A DNA stretch of 59,268 nucleotides, filler included, from Bipalium vagum (GCA_037834085.1; 3 parts of 3 records of this genome joined end to end with filler, not necessarily neighbours in it); one strand, 5' to 3'. Numbered from the whole stretch's first letter, positions 11,683 through 26,362 are shown. Program-made: numbers and translations. Notes: generated by a model from the sequence alone, not told the origin.

Positions 11683-13559
11683 TAATTCTTTTGTCATCAA
11701 AAGGATCTAATGGTATTTTGTTTTCCTTAATTATATACATATTAAGTTTATTTGATTTTAATCTATAATTATTAGAAATAAAAGTTATACTATTTTTAAA
11801 ATAATTATCATAATGACCATAAATAAATTTCCTTTTTGTTGCTTTTTTAATTACTTTTAATTTTACTATTGAATCTTCACTTTTTTATAAGAATAACATT
11901 AATTTTAAAAACTTCTACTTCATAAATCAGTTGGGTGAATATATTATGAAAATTTTGAAACTTCATTTTCTAAAGAAGGATTAAAGGAAATTCCGTATTG
12001 GAGTAGTTTATTTTCATTCATCTAATCTTTTATCGGTACATTAAAAGTTATACTAATTCTAAAATTGTAAATCTTATAAAATTAAATTTATCATTTTTTA
12101 CATTGCTTTTTATACAATAAACCGCTAAAACTTCAATACTAAATTCTGTACAATATTTATAATTCCGTTTTGAAACTAAATTCTTAAAATTCTTCGCATT
12201 ATAAACTATTTCAATTAATTGTCTATTTCTTATCTATATATGTACAATTAAACGTATTTGAATTTTAAATAAATGAATATTTTCATAAACATTAAACATA
12301 TCTAATGGTATTTCTTGAATTTTTTTCTTCATTTAGTAATCTTTTGTAAATTTTAATAATCATATTTTATTAAATAAATAATTAATTTCTTAAAAATTAA
12401 ATTTCTATATGATTTTGAAATTCTTTATTTTCTGTAAATAATAAGAACCTTATAATAATAATAATAATAATAATTAAAGTTACTGAATAATTAAAGTAAT
12501 TAATATGAGATAATTAACTTACTAAAAAGAAAGATTCCATATTAGATGAATTAAAAATAGAATCATTTTTACTACATTTTTGAAGTACAAAATTTCTAAT
12601 TTATTGAGATCTAAAATTAGTAACATATAATAATTTATAATTTATTTATGAAAAACACCTCTTTCGAGATAAATGTCCATTAAGCACCATTTTTAAGATT
12701 AATCATCATATTATATGGCACTTTCAAATCTAGTAAATGAATGTCACTAAAATATCTTGAAGCATAAAGAGCCCCTAAAATAGTAGAACAGAATTCTTGG
12801 CTGACATCGAAACATGCATTGTTAATTTTTTATTTTTTTAAATCAGACAGTTAGTTGGAGAGAGATTTGTCAATTACAAATCGTTTTGAGGATTGTAGTC
12901 AATTATTGACATGCCCACATTACTTTATTTACTTCTCATAAATCGACAAGGTTTATTAGAGATCATTATCTAAAGAAATATAATATTTTGCGATCAATAA
13001 ACTATTACAGTTTTGTTCAGATTAATAATAATTATAAATAATAATAAAAAATATTGAGACTCCCTAAGCGTGTACGTTTAGTAGAAATTTTTAAAACCAG
13101 CTGTAATTAAAATAATTAAATACTCACAGGATGTTTTCCTTGTTATCTTGAGAGTTATTTAAACTTCTTTCTTAGTCAAGACCTAGAATCTCAAAGCTTT
13201 TAGGTCGAGATTAGTAGCTTGTCTCAGGATTTAAATGGACTACAACTTGTCGTTAAGGTTTCTATTCTTTAATTAATAAACAAAATCAAATTATAATTAT
13301 TTACAGTTTGGAAGCACAAGATCATATCACTCTATTCATTGCATTTTATTATATACAAATATATATTTTTAAACCGCAGCCTATTTTTCTTATTCAATTT
13401 AAATATTAATTGGACTTTTTGTGTTGAGTTAGACAAAGGTTAATCGAACTATCATGACTCATATTCATCAACCCAACACATAGAAGGATATCTCAAGAAT
13501 ATCTCATAATTTTCAGAAAATTGAAACTGCTAACTACTAAAACATATACCTTGATTATA

Positions 13560-13930
13560 TTAAGGTGGTCAATAACTCATTTCGTATTTTTAATCAAAAA
13601 TTAAAAACAAAATAGAACAAAAACAAATATTTATAAAACCTCAAAATACAGACCACTTGGATTAGTATTTTGAATCCATCTATCGGCAAGTTGTTGAATC
13701 CCGCATTAATACCATTTTTGTTTTTGGAGCTGAAAAAGTCTTGACACAATTTTTCTATCTCATCAACAGCGCCATAGTAGAAAATGTGTCATAGACCTGA
13801 AAAGATGATAATTTGATTGCGCGAGATCTGGACTGTAAGATGGATATGGTAAAAGTTCAAAGGAATCAAATTCCTATATTTTTTCCATTGTTTTCCTGCC
13901 GCAGTGTGCGGTTTGGCGTTATCGTAATAT
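13560..13930 (-). mobile_element. mariner 3' fragment with TIR
   Basis: YDNAKPHT, then frameshifted LLPYPSYSPDLAQSNYHLFRSM. The terminus ttaaggtggtcaataactcatttcgtattttt follows TA, and its ~100 bp end is shared with 19715-19820. Confidence 0.75.
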
Positions 13931-15415
13931 ATAATATAGAATTTAATAAATTTTACAAGAGATTTATAACATAGTCTGAGAAAAAATTGGGGAAAAAGGA
14001 GGAAACAAATTAATTGAAACAAACTGGTGAGGGATATTTTTTATTAATAATTTTTTAAAATGCTAAAAACTTAGGAAAAAATCATTAATTTTTCCCCCAA
14101 TATTCTTGTATTTTGATTTTCATTTCTGTGACAGATACTAGAAACAATGAACTGATTTATTATTTAAAAATCTATTTTGTAATTTCTGCTCGAATGAATT
14201 TTTTCTTGACTGTTTCCCGGAATTTTGATTCATCTCTTAACGGCTTGCTTCAATTTTTAAAAAGTTTATTAAAATCTTTATTTATAATGTTTAATAAATT
14301 ATTTTATGATTATTATTAATTTTATAAATTTTTATTCATAATTATTTAATTATTATTTAAATAATTTCTTTAAATTATATTTTTAAAAAATTTTATTGAA
14401 AATCGCTGGCGTGGTGAAATTAGCCGATACTATTTTCGAATTTGGTCCTGATAGTAAACCCACTTATTTCATTAAAGTCACCTCATCCAGAAAAATCTGT
14501 GTCTGGATAAGCTTTAATTAAAAATTCACTAAGAAACCATTATTTTTTTGAAACTGTAAATAAGAATAATTACCTTGTCATGTTTCAAAATGTAGTTAGG
14601 CCTGAACTTGCTAAAGGAAAATTAATAAAGTAAAAGGAAATATCATAAATAAATTAATAAAAAAATCAATAATAATTAGTAAAATCAACTCGCCGTTTTG
14701 GTCAACTTACTTCATGCAGGATGGATGCAAAAAATAGAAACAAAGTACGTACAACAGGCTTACAGAGGTTTAATGACAAAGTTGAGGCATGAAGCCGACC
14801 ATGTCCCATTTTTCGTTGTGCATACATTAATGAAAATATATTGTTATTGGAGTAAAGTAATAAGTGAAATATAATTTTATTTAAAAAGTGCTGTCTGTTA
14901 TTTTTCTAGGTAAAGATTAAATAAGTCCAGATTTCTGATAGTTATCACTCGTTATTATTTTATTATATTTCGCCAATAATATTTTTTAAGCATAAAAGGA
15001 AATAATCATACCAAAACGAAAAATAAAAGAAAAATCAAAACTAAGTGTAAATGTCCAAGCAATATTCCCTTACTTTTATAAAATAATAATTATTTTTTCC
15101 TAACCAGGGTTTGTATTTCTCAGATTGAAAACAGTGATTAAAATAATTGATTTCATTATTTCGGTTTTATCTGTTGAGTTGGTGGGAATAATTATTATCA
15201 CAATACATCTTAGCTTTATTAATATTTCATAATGATTCTTGCTGTTACTCCAGAATCACCATATGTCGGAGTCCCACCGGGATGCTTACAATAACGTAAT
15301 GAGCACGTACACGAAAATTCTTCCAATACACGTAGCGCTACATGGTAAAACTATAATTATTTATACAATTTCTAAATCAAATCAGACAATAGAACTAATT
15401 AAAATTATGAAGAAA

Positions 15416-15510
15416 ATTATTATTATTATTATTATAATTTCTATAATCATAATAATTAATATTATATTTATTATTATTGTTATTGTTATTATTATTATTA
15501 TCATTATTAT
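15416..15510. repeat. Imperfect (ATT)n microsatellite
   Basis: Direct reading; it produces the spurious poly-Ile ORFs 15239-15559 and 15382-15567. Confidence 0.85.
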
Positions 15511-15739
15511 GGGAGTAATCAGACCACGAAAATATTTAACATTAAAATCATATTTATGAGAATACACAAACTTTATTAAGATTATAATGTTTAAAATATT
15601 AATTATTTAAAATTTAAATAAAGTATTTTATTTTAAATGATATATTTATTATGTATTTTAAACTTTGATTCATTAAAACAACTTAATATTCTAAAAATTT
15701 TAATAATGTAAGTAATTTATATATTAGGAGAGTGCATTG

Positions 15740-16620
15740 ATTTCAGACTTTTAAACAACTTTTAATATTTATTTTATGGAAAATAGACACTAAAATCAAC
15801 CAATGTATTTTCCATCTATAAAAGTAAATTACCATAAATCTGAGAGCATGAATATTCCGAGGGGTTAAAATGATTTTTGTTTAAAATGAATCCAATTGAA
15901 CATCAAATTTTGAATTGAATTGTATATCTTTCAGAGAATGTGCGATTCACATGAATAATGAAAATCTGTTGAAGCTATGTTCTGAGAATATGCTGGGTGT
16001 GGAAAGATTTCGTGTTAAAGATTAACAGTATTTGCTTGACGATTGAAACAAATGATTCACAGCACCTTTCATCAAATACAAAGCATAATTTTGATATCAT
16101 AATTATTGCACTTTGCGATGGGCATTGATGCCTATCCTGTATCAAGTCATGATTTCTGTTGTTGATCTCTTTTTTCTGTGCTTGGTAAGTAAAAGTGTGA
16201 CTATATAGAAACATTTACCGATAACAATCTCACTCATATTATGAGGGATCTACCCTCTCTCTGTTTAAATATTTTCTAGTACATGGAGCCATCTAGAAAT
16301 TGTTAATCTGAGTGTTTAATGTCATAGCCAATTGTTTTTCTTTTTGAGCGAGGATGTCATTCAACAAATTCTGCAATTCAATATCATCCAACTTTATTGG
16401 TTGACCTTGTCTTTCTTTAACATTCAAATCAAAGTTGCCTGATTTAATTCTATCATCCCAGAATGTTCTCAAGCATTTGATGAGCTTTCGCTACTAATTT
16501 CCACACATCGAACAGGTACACTGATACCTGTCTATTGTGCCTTCTAAAAGTGCTTATTTAAACAAATAACATTTCTATACCAATTTAAACTTACATTAGA
16601 TATTGAGATATTTAAAATAA
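15740..16620 (-). mobile_element. Degenerate Mos1/mauritiana-like mariner
   Basis: Minus-strand IKSGNFDLNVKERQGQPIKLDDIELQNLLND..QKEKQLA (~16448-16327) resembles Mos1 FKSGDFDVDDKEHGKPPKRYEDAELQALLDED.AQTQKQLA. EIFPHPAYSQNIASTDFH at ~16011-15958. Boundaries approximate. Confidence 0.7.
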
Positions 16621-16649
16621 ATTGTTTTTTGACTTAATTAAAGACTTAA

Positions 16650-17200
16650 CTAAAGTTATGGCTTGTTTTAATTTTAGATCAGAACTAATGCACCTGCTGA
16701 TGATAGAATTTAATCATTTAACAAGTTTAAATATGTTATCAAAATATTTCTTAAGCTCTCAAAATTCTTCTGCATTAACTTTACTTTTTCGTGCAGCCAA
16801 ATTCATTGAATGGTTTACTACTTGGTGGTTCTGCTCAATTGCATATGTTAACTAATATGGGTTCTGAGGTGACGTTGTAATTTTTAAACAGTTCATCATT
16901 TTCGCTGTAATATTGCTTGTAACATGAAGCCAGCAATATCGCAAGCTAATGTGGTGTATCCATTTAAATGTCATAAATGTTTTTCCCTGGAAGAAACAGG
17001 AAAAACATAAAGCTAATGAAGAGAAATTTAGAGTGATTATGAGTTATTTTGGTAACATTGATGAACGAAAGACTTGCGAATCAATATTAATTTTAGACAT
17101 TTTTATAATTTTAATGCGTAATTAAAATTAATATAAATTTGATTGGCCGAAATTTGTTTAAATACTTCGGATTTGTGATGACACAATAATTTATTAAATA
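16650..17200 (-). mobile_element. Possible second, highly decayed Merlin fragment
   Basis: HQVVNHSMN (16827-16801) resembles the Merlin/ISXO2 H.TVNHS.NF motif. Little else is recognisable. Confidence 0.3.
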
Positions 17201-17609
17201 ACTTAGGATTATGGATTGCAAACCGATAGATGGTAATAATGTTCGTATATAATGGCTGAATTCATAGTTACATTTTAATACTATATTCAAGATAAAGAGA
17301 GGAAAAGCAAGTGGATGGGATCTGTTAAATCTGACTTAGCAAAATTAACAGCAATCCTTACTTTGAGAGAATAAAGAGCTTACACCTAATTATTCTTCTA
17401 GCAAGAGAAAAGTCGACTGACAGTGCAGATGTTAGTCTATTTACTTATTTTTAATTGTTACTGACACGAAGGTAACATTTCGCTTACAGCTAATTTCATC
17501 TTTCATGAATTTGAGATAATTTGACATTTTCTAATAATAATAATACCCCACAAGTCACAAATGATAATATTTTTTTCCTGACATATCATTAAAATTGTTC
17601 TTATTTATT

Positions 17610-18420
17610 ATTTTAAAAACGAAAAATTTTGTTTTGCTGAGACATTAATGAATCAATTATACACATTTTCGAAACGACCAATTCTTTCATGTGAAGAATT
17701 GTTCTGTTTAACCGTTCCAAGGTCAACTGCATCTCATATAATGGTATGATAACGATTTCCGTGTTTCGACGTCTCTGCCTAAAATGGAAATACTGCAACT
17801 ATTTGCTTGAGTCTCAACCTTGTTAGATAAGGTGTATGTTTGACTTTGCATTCTTTATGAATTTCAAGAACGAGTTGAACCAAACAAAATTCGATAGTTG
17901 GAAGTCTTTTGCTGCTTATAAGCAGATTATAAAAATCTCTTAGGTCCAAGAGGAATATATGAACAAACCATGTCAAGATCTGTTACCAACTGAATTTACT
18001 AGGAGAAAGGATTCGGTGATGCTTTTTATGAAAGAAGATATGGTCTATTATGAAATTTTTGAAACAGATAGAGATCTTTTTAAAAAATGATTTATCAGGG
18101 ACAACCATCACTGGAACAAAACGAGAAATCCAAGAAAGTTTTTCATTTTCGGGATAGGTTTGCATTTGCTTTTTAAAAGGTTAACAGTTGATGGATTTTT
18201 CAATTAATTCCGATAAAAGGATCACTGGAATGATAAACAGTGAGTGAATATTCAAACATTTTTTGTTTTAATGATATCTGATTTCAGATGGGCAATCTGT
18301 ACAATCTTTTAAGAAGAGCGATGAGTGTTAATAGTAAGATTTAATGAACCGAATCGATTTTTTTTATGAACCTTGTCAATTCTTTTTATCAGTATCCTTT
18401 TTTCTTTCAGTTAACGCTCA
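17610..18420 (-). mobile_element. Decayed Gypsy-type integrase remnant
   Basis: WISRF.P..V.D (ORF 17983-18165), W..IFLLDLR (ORF 17779-17976) and PLYE...LER...IIDSL (ORF 17613-17798) occur in the order expected for a Gypsy integrase core and its GPY/F tail. Confidence 0.45.
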
Positions 18421-19714
18421 TCAGGGGATCGTTGCTGATCTATAACGATATATTACATTTCTGACTGATGAAAGAAGATTTCCTTATTCACAATTCTTTT
18501 CTGCAAATTCATTTATACAAATTTATATATTCAATTTCATCCTTGATTAAGCAGGTGGATTTGAGAGTAATTGTATATATGTAACTATATACGTGAGCCG
18601 TGAAATTACTGTAAATTGTTATAATATTAATAAGTATGAGGATTAGTTTTTAAGGCACACATTCCGAAAACATTTTTAAAAAATATTTCTTGGTGATGTC
18701 CTCAAAAGTTGATTTTCATATCTTCTTGAATATACATTAGTTTGCAACAAAATTTTTCGTGATTTTATGTTATTTTTTACGGTATAACATTTAATTAACA
18801 CTAAATACATTTATTTGAAAGATCTTTTTCTGCTCTACGAAAGTACAGTAAACTTCTTTTATATGTAGTTTCGTTTTATTTGATAGCTTTCAAATACGGT
18901 GTCAAGTTGATCAAAACCATAATTTCCGATGCATATTGATGTTTTTTTAATCAATGTATGATAATGGATTAATAATTTATAGATTTAATAGATAACTAAA
19001 CAACTAATTATACTCGTAATAATTATATATGAAGGTAGTAAATCCAGTTAATTTTGCATCTCCTGATAAAAACGACATTAATAATGGGTATCCGTAATAT
19101 TATAATAATGTTTATGAAAAACAATTATATATTATTACTTTATTGGCCAAGTTCCACCCATTGTTTATTAAACTTAGTAGCTTAAAACTGTTTAAAATCG
19201 ATAAAATTGAACAAGGTTTTCTAGGTCGTCTGCTTATTGAAACGTAGCCATTATAAACGGTCGAAAATATTAAAATAATACGAGAATAATAAAAAGCACC
19301 AGAATTTATATTATAAATTACCTCTTTGAAACAACGATTCATTTCTTAAAATATTTTCTATTTTCAATTTTCAAAGAAACCCAAAGATCTTTTCGGGATT
19401 GTCGACATTCGTAGAATAATAATAATTGTGGTCCTACAGTGATAGTGGAAAAATTAATTAGTTTTCCTTCCAGAAAACACCGTTCTTTTAGGGTAGAACA
19501 CTATTTTATGGATTCGCTCTCAAATAAATGTTTTTTCTTCATGAATAAAATTAAAATATATTCGAAAAATGTAACATTTTGAGGAAAACGTCATCTCCGA
19601 ACACTTTGCATAGATCACTTTGTGATTCAGAGGTCGTTTTATTCGGTTTGAAATCATATAGCATACAAGTCCATACACAATATTTATGATAACTCATTTC
19701 GATTATCCATTATA

Positions 19715-19820
19715 TTGGGGTGGTCCATAAGTCTTTTCGTATTTTTAATCAAAAATTAAAAACAAAATAGAGCAAGAACAACTATTTATTAAAACTCAAA
19801 ATAAAACCATTTGAATTACT
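19715..19820 (-). mobile_element. mariner 3' terminus (same family as 13560-13930)
   Basis: ttggggtggtccataagtcttttcgtatttttaatcaaaaattaaaaacaaaatag.. closely matches 13560-13665 and is preceded by TA. Confidence 0.7.
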
Positions 19821-22525
19821 TACGTATCAAGAATAAATAAACTTCCATATTCTTGACAACGTTGCATTGGTTGATTCTAATTTATTATGAAAAAGTTATG
19901 TCCACTCAAAGTTGATATTTATAAAACGTACATTTCAACTTAATAAATAAATAAATAAATATATTTAAAAAGATATTTAAATAACCTTTTATATATAAAG
20001 ATTATTTCCTCTTTTCGACTCTCCATTCTTACTATTCGATGGAGAAGAAATGAGATTATTTTGAAGTAATTACAAATATTTTTGCATTATTTTTTTCAGT
20101 AAACGAAAATCAAATTAATATCACTGAATTAATTGCCCAACCATCTCGAATTTATTTCACTTAATATTTCATTTAAATTTGATAAAAATCGATAATAATC
20201 GCATGAACTAAAAACGAAGTAAATGAGACCAAGGCGCTTGTCTGAATAAATTGATATTTCATTTCTCAAAATTTTTTAGAGAATAAATAAAATATTTCGA
20301 AAAAATATTTCCCGATTTTCAACTGAAAAAATAAAATCGAATTTTCTTCAATAGAATAAAAATTCATAAGAAAAAATTATGTTACAAATATAAAAAATTA
20401 ACTTTTATTTTTAAGTTAATAATAATAATGATTAATAATAAAAATTAATAATAATAATAATAATCATAATCATAATAATAATGATTATTATTATTATTAA
20501 TTAAATAAAGAAAAAATTCAAATGTTTTTAGTTACTTATTTTTTGAAAATTTAAAATAAGATTTTACTCTTAAGAAACAGTAAACCTACAGAAAAGTAAA
20601 ACTAATGATAATAAAAATAAATCAATAAAACAAATAAAAAAATGAAATAAAATAAAATATTAAAAAAAAGCGAACAACACGTTCTTGGAAGAATTCTTTG
20701 AGCAGTAATACAAAAATAATTTTTTTGCTCATCTAAATTTGCCGAATGAATTTTTTTACCGTTAATTTTCAATTATAAAAATATTGAGAAATTAATTTAT
20801 ATTTTATTTTTTCTTTTATTTATAAAAAGTGGAAAAAATTAATTTTCATTTGACATTAAACAATTTGAGAATTGCTTTATCAATTTTGAGAGGAAATTAT
20901 AAACTTTTTCTTTTTAACTTCATTAAAACAAATTATTTCAATTGTAATGAAGAAATCGGAGCAAGAGACATTTCCCTTTCGTACGTTTTTATTCAAGAAA
21001 TTTGAGATGAAAATGATTCGAGTTTTTATGTATCAAGAAGTGTCGACGATTTCCCCTTAAAATCTGTCTTGTATTGTATAAAAAAGTGATGTTTTCTTTT
21101 AAATATTAACACAAATTTATAATTATTATGATGTCCTAAGTAATGTCGTATTTCTGTTAAACTATTTCAAAATAATTTATTAAATAGATAAAAATATTTG
21201 AATTAATTGATTAAAAAATCGTATTGTGGTCATTTAATATTCTATCACAACGTAAGTGAATTTATGTTTAATAAATACAATTTAATATTTTATAAAATAA
21301 ACGTCTCTTATAAATGAAAAAGAATAATTCATAATTTATTTTCCCTTTAGTATTTAATTATAATTGTTAGTAATAAAAATATTAAATGAAAAAAATCTAT
21401 TTACATATATGTATTAAATTAATATAATTTATAATAATTAAGATAATCATTAATATTATTGATTTCTAATCATCATGGACACTCCATTCATATAAAAGAA
21501 ATATAATCTGAACTCCAATTCCTCATATATTTGAAAACACACTGGACTTTTAATGTCGTCGGAAAAATGATTTTGGAATGATAAAACATTATATTCACAA
21601 GTGAAAAGGAGCATAACTTATTTGACATTAATTCAGAATTTTAGCACCACTCGATTGAGTCACTCGTAAAGAAAATTTTGCTCAGCGCTATTCGATTCAT
21701 ATTTGTTAAATTACTTTTTAACTTATTATAGTTATGAGATTTTTGAAATTAAAATAATAGTTCTTAAATTATTAAAATTACCTGCCTAAGTTGCTTTGGA
21801 TTTATAATTTGGTATAATCTAATTGATGATATGGCTTAATGAGTATAATATTATTTAGATTGATTTGAATAATTTAAATAACCGCCGTTTTTAATAGATA
21901 TTATTATTTATTAGTATTAAGCTAAAATAAACAAATTTATTAAAATAAACTTTAATTAGATGAGATCTCACATCATTATGAGATCATTTGCAAAACTTGT
22001 TAAATTTCTTAGGAAAATGTAAAATTATTTTTATTTGAGTTGAAAAAAAATTAGCGATAAATTTGTCAAATTATTAATTAATTAGGAAATCTTAATTAGC
22101 ATCTCGAAAATTTGGGAAGATAATTATTTTTGAAGAACAAAATAATAAATTAGAATTGTCTGTGGAAAACGGATTATGAATGATGTAAAATATTTTTGAA
22201 TGAAATTCTTTTCACAAAATATAATAATCATTATTATTATTATTATTGTTATTATTATTATGTTTGTTAGTTATTGCTACGTAATTCTGAAGTAATAAAG
22301 TCAAGTATAATGTTTAGTCGAGGAAAATAAATGAATAGTTGAATAAGTGTTTTTTCATTATTTATTTTAACAAATTAATTATCTAAATTTTTATTAAAAT
22401 TACTTTTTTTAAAGAAAACTTTAATATTATTAAAAATTATTTAAATATTTTATATTAAATTAAGGAATAAATTTTAATATATTAGCTTAAAATTTATTTT
22501 TAAAATATTTTTTATAATTTAATAC

Positions 22526-22623
22526 AGTGAAACCTGCATAAATGAAACCTTTGTTAGCTGAACACCTCTTTTATTTGAACATTTAATTCCGTACACTGTA
22601 AATATAAGTTATTGTCACCTGTG
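22526..22623 (+). mobile_element. Possible pogo/Tigger-like terminus, truncated by the gap
   Basis: ta-cagtgaaacctgc start followed by internal aaacct/aacacct repeats. Confidence 0.3.
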
Positions 22624-22723
22624 NNNNNNNNNNNNNNNNNNNNNNNNNNNNNNNNNNNNNNNNNNNNTTAATTAATTAANNNNNNNNNNNNNNNNNNNNN
22701 NNNNNNNNNNNNNNNNNNNNNNN
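22624..22723. other. Assembly gap with artificial TTAATTAATTAA spacer
   Basis: N44-TTAATTAATTAA-N44 (100 bp), identical in layout to 40121-40220. Confidence 0.97.
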
Positions 22724-23377
22724 TTATTATTATTATTATTATTAATCATTATTATTTTAATACGTCAAGAGGAAATATCAATATTTTTAAAATAAGATTC
22801 CTGAAGCAAACCAAAAGAAAAATTAATAATTGCTTAATAATAAAGTAAAACAAATTATGGATGAGGTGTACGTAACAATAACAAATAAGCATTCTTGTTT
22901 ACAATAACGAGTTTCATAAAAAGTTAATTTGATAATATTATTTGTTGAAAATATTTCAAAAGTACCTTTTAACAATGCATGGTTGGGAAACGTTTTACTA
23001 ACAAGCAGGGGAACAATAAAATTGAAATAGGAATTAATGGTTGCAAACTTGTTTCCCTGTTCGTACGCTATCCCTGTCCAATGAAATTAAAAGGGTGGGT
23101 TAAATAATCAATTGACCTTTTCCCACTAATGATCTTGAAAATATTATTTTACCTGTAAAAACAACCTTTAATGAATCAAGGCTAAACTTTACAAAGGATA
23201 TGTAAATTTAATTGATTTATTCAAATTAGATTAATTAAATTTAATTGATTATTTTATTATTATTAATTATTTTACAAGATTTCTATAATACTGTGTTACT
23301 AATATTTTTATTTTATAAATTCCCTAATAAATTGTTTCGCATAGAATCAATTAAGAAATGTATAGGCCTATTATATA

Positions 23378-24120
23378 CATGGTGGCTCAAAAGTAACTCA
23401 ATGATTTTAAATAATAGTAAAAAGTAAATATTCCAGACAATTATTTAATTTGAATATTATACATAAACAATAATTCAGGGAGATTTTTTTAAGTAGATTT
23501 TGAAAATTATGTCCTTCAAATGATCACCACTTTCTGCCTTACAAAATTTGGCTCTTTTTATAGAGTTTTCCATTTTAATATCTACAATTATTTCAAAATA
23601 TAATATTTTATGGTTAGAGTAGGCCCAATAGCAGCAGTTGAGGTGGTTAACAACTCCATTGGGCATGAACTTAATGTCGTCTGACCATATTATCTTGTTG
23701 ATGAAGGCAGAGTCATTTTGGAATTGTACCAACATTGTCTGACAAAATTCCATTCATCGGTCAAAGTCGTCATCGATGGTCTTAAATGAATGAAAGCCTG
23801 CTTCATTAATTGCCTTGTAATAACTGCTTACAGTCATGTCAAGTTCCCCAGCACCCTGCCAACCTAAAATATTGCTAGATTCTTCGACCAATTTTTTCAC
23901 TCTTTGAATTGTTTTCGTTGTTAATACGGAACGAGGTCGGCCGGATTCTACTTGGTCATGAACATTTCCAGTCTTTTTAAACTCTTATTATTATAATTAT
24001 AATACTAATATTTTATTCCATAATATTTTTCGGGTTACATGTTTTGAATTCTGAATTGAAGCAGGCTGAAGGCGAAGATGACGTCTCGCTCTTGAGGTTT
24101 TAATGCCCATTTAACAGTTT
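23378..24120 (-). mobile_element. Decayed Tc1/mariner-superfamily element (rosa/DD41D-like N-terminal and first-D region)
   Basis: KTGNVHDQVESGRPRSV (~23977-23927) and EFCQTML..FINKIIWSDDIKFMPNGVVNHLNCCYWAYSNH (ORF 23475-23753) match the WSDEA.F.LNG.VNRHNC.YW motif. TIR-like catggtggctcaaaagtaactc follows TA at ~23376. Confidence 0.7.
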
Positions 24121-26144
24121 TTTCTTCAAATATTATCATGTCACCCCTAATCACATCGACTCGTGTCTACTGATATTTTGAGCCTTTTTATTATTAAATT
24201 AAAATTTTAATAATTTTATAATTTATTAAAATAAAATGGAAAAGAATAAATATTTGATGAAAAAAATAATTAAATAAAAGCATTATAACAACAGAGAAAA
24301 TTTAGAAAAATATAACTGTAAATACAACTGTAAAGATTATTGCATACATGATAAAAAAATTTAAAATGAAATGTCTGATTATATGACCGAGGAAATGAGT
24401 TTCAATTAAAACAAAAAAAACATTTTAAATGAATTATTTAGCTTGAGAATATTATTCATATCGAAAAGTCTCCTGCTACAGTAAAAAAGAAATAATTATT
24501 AAACCATATTCACACAGGGCTCAGATAGCAACAATAAATTTCTGAAAGGAAAACTTCTCACACTCACAAAATAATAGTTTTCAATGGAAAAAATACGGGA
24601 ATACTCTGAAACAGGAAAATACCAATTACCCGTACCAATTATAAACTCTTCGGGAAAGAATTCAAGGAAAAATAATTTCCAAAAAGTAAATCAACTTATT
24701 CCCGATTCAAGACCGAGATAAGCTGATTTTTCGAACCGTGACAACTTCTCGAACGGTCTCATCCTTTGGCTTAAATCAATCAACGTTGCCACGGAGAAAT
24801 ATTCTCCCAAAAGTGTCGTGGAGATAAATTAATTCACGTTTCCCAAACAGATTTTAAAGATTGGAAAAATATTCATATTGCAATAATAATAATTTTTGTT
24901 CTCTTCAAATAATTTACAAGTAAAATACATAAATAATAGTAACAATACATTTTCTCATTAATAAATAACAATATAATAATATTTTATTTTTTCTTTATTT
25001 TGATGTAACAGTTACTGAAAAATAATGTTTATAATATCATCACGTTATTGAATTATTATAACAATGAAACAAAAGAATCATCGTTATATATATATCGTAT
25101 CTCGAAATGTTATACTAATAATTATTCTGAAAATTTAAAAAATCAATAAAACAGAAAATAATGGCCAATTAAACGCGAATTAGTGAGTTAATTAATTCTA
25201 TTATTTTAAACAAAATCAATTTTTACCCAGTTACATTTCAAAGATTGAGAATTTCATTAAACATAACAAAATAAATTCCAAAATACATAAAATGATTTTT
25301 TTAACCATTCATAAATACGTATTTTGTATATATCAAATAATATTTCAAAAAAATCTTGAATTTTAATTTTTTAATTATTATAAATTATTAATTAAAATAA
25401 TTATAATAATTATTAATAGTAATAATGATAAGAAGATTTTAAAAAAAATTCAAGTCCTGACAAATTTCTTTTGACAGCGCTGGAACTTTTTAAGCTTTAC
25501 ACCCCTTTCTCATTCATTAGAATTGATTAAATATTCCTCATTTCTCATTTTCTTCGATTTTCTTCTTTTTTTATATTTCCAAAAAAGCAATTTTATTTGA
25601 AAAAACAAAAAAAAAACCCAAGCTAATATCTAAATAATAATAAATCATTTGAAAAATTTTCTCTCAATTTTATTTACAATCTTTTAATTCAATTAAAGAA
25701 ATTATTTAAGTTCAAAAATTGTAAACAAAAAACTGAAAAATTAAAACAATAAAAACCAATAAAAACAATATAAATTAAAAATATTATTGATCAATGTATT
25801 AAAATATAAAATATTATTTTTAAAGTATGTCGATTACAAATAATTAAATGAAAAATGTTAATTTTTGTTCAACAAAATTTACAAATTAAATAAAATAGAA
25901 TAGAATATAAAATTCAAAATGACAAAAGGGTTTTATTTTAGGTCTTACCACTAAAATTTTGAGAAGTTCTCAAAAGAAAAAAATCTAATTTAATGACCAC
26001 TTTGATAAATAATGGGTCTCAAAAGATAGCACAAAAGGGAGAATGAGAAGATTTCTATTAAAGATTAGAGAAACTAGAAATTATTTTCTAACCTGAAAAT
26101 AATTAATCATTAAGTATCTTTTATTTCTTTTTTTTATTTTTATC

Positions 26145-26362
26145 ATCGATGGATTAGCTTCAACTTAATTGCGTTTACATCCAAAATCGGTGGTTATTGG
26201 TCTGCCGGGCGTCCTTGATCTTGAAGGTGTTTCTGGTGTTTCAATACTAATTGAAACAAAGTCCTCACCCTTAACCTCACATATCTTTTTGACCGCTTTT
26301 ATTGCATTGACATTTTGTTTTCAATAATGTCTTTCAAATTAACTTGAAGACCACCATAATAA
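26145..26362 (-). mobile_element. mariner 5' fragment
   Basis: NAIKAVKKICEVKGEDFVS...PGRPITTD...VEANP is the mariner HTH region. gaagaccaccataata (~26346-26361) resembles the TIR of the 13560/19715 family. Confidence 0.6.

Noticed and set aside
15239-15567. Poly-Ile 'membrane protein' ORFs
   Set aside because: Translation of an (ATT)n microsatellite.
18590-19620. Possible decayed DD41D-like transposon
   Set aside because: Only faint motif traces (e.g. NLTP) and no TIR pair found.
21950-22005. tgagatcatttgcaaaacttg resembles the bantam miRNA seed and sits in a small hairpin
   Set aside because: Only ~11 bp pair near the loop and the rest of a pre-miRNA stem is missing. It needs small-RNA data.
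19900-22500. Scattered minus-strand splice-like signals suggesting a non-coding or UTR exon chain
   Set aside because: No coherent exon chain or ORF could be built; such signals are common in AT-rich DNA.
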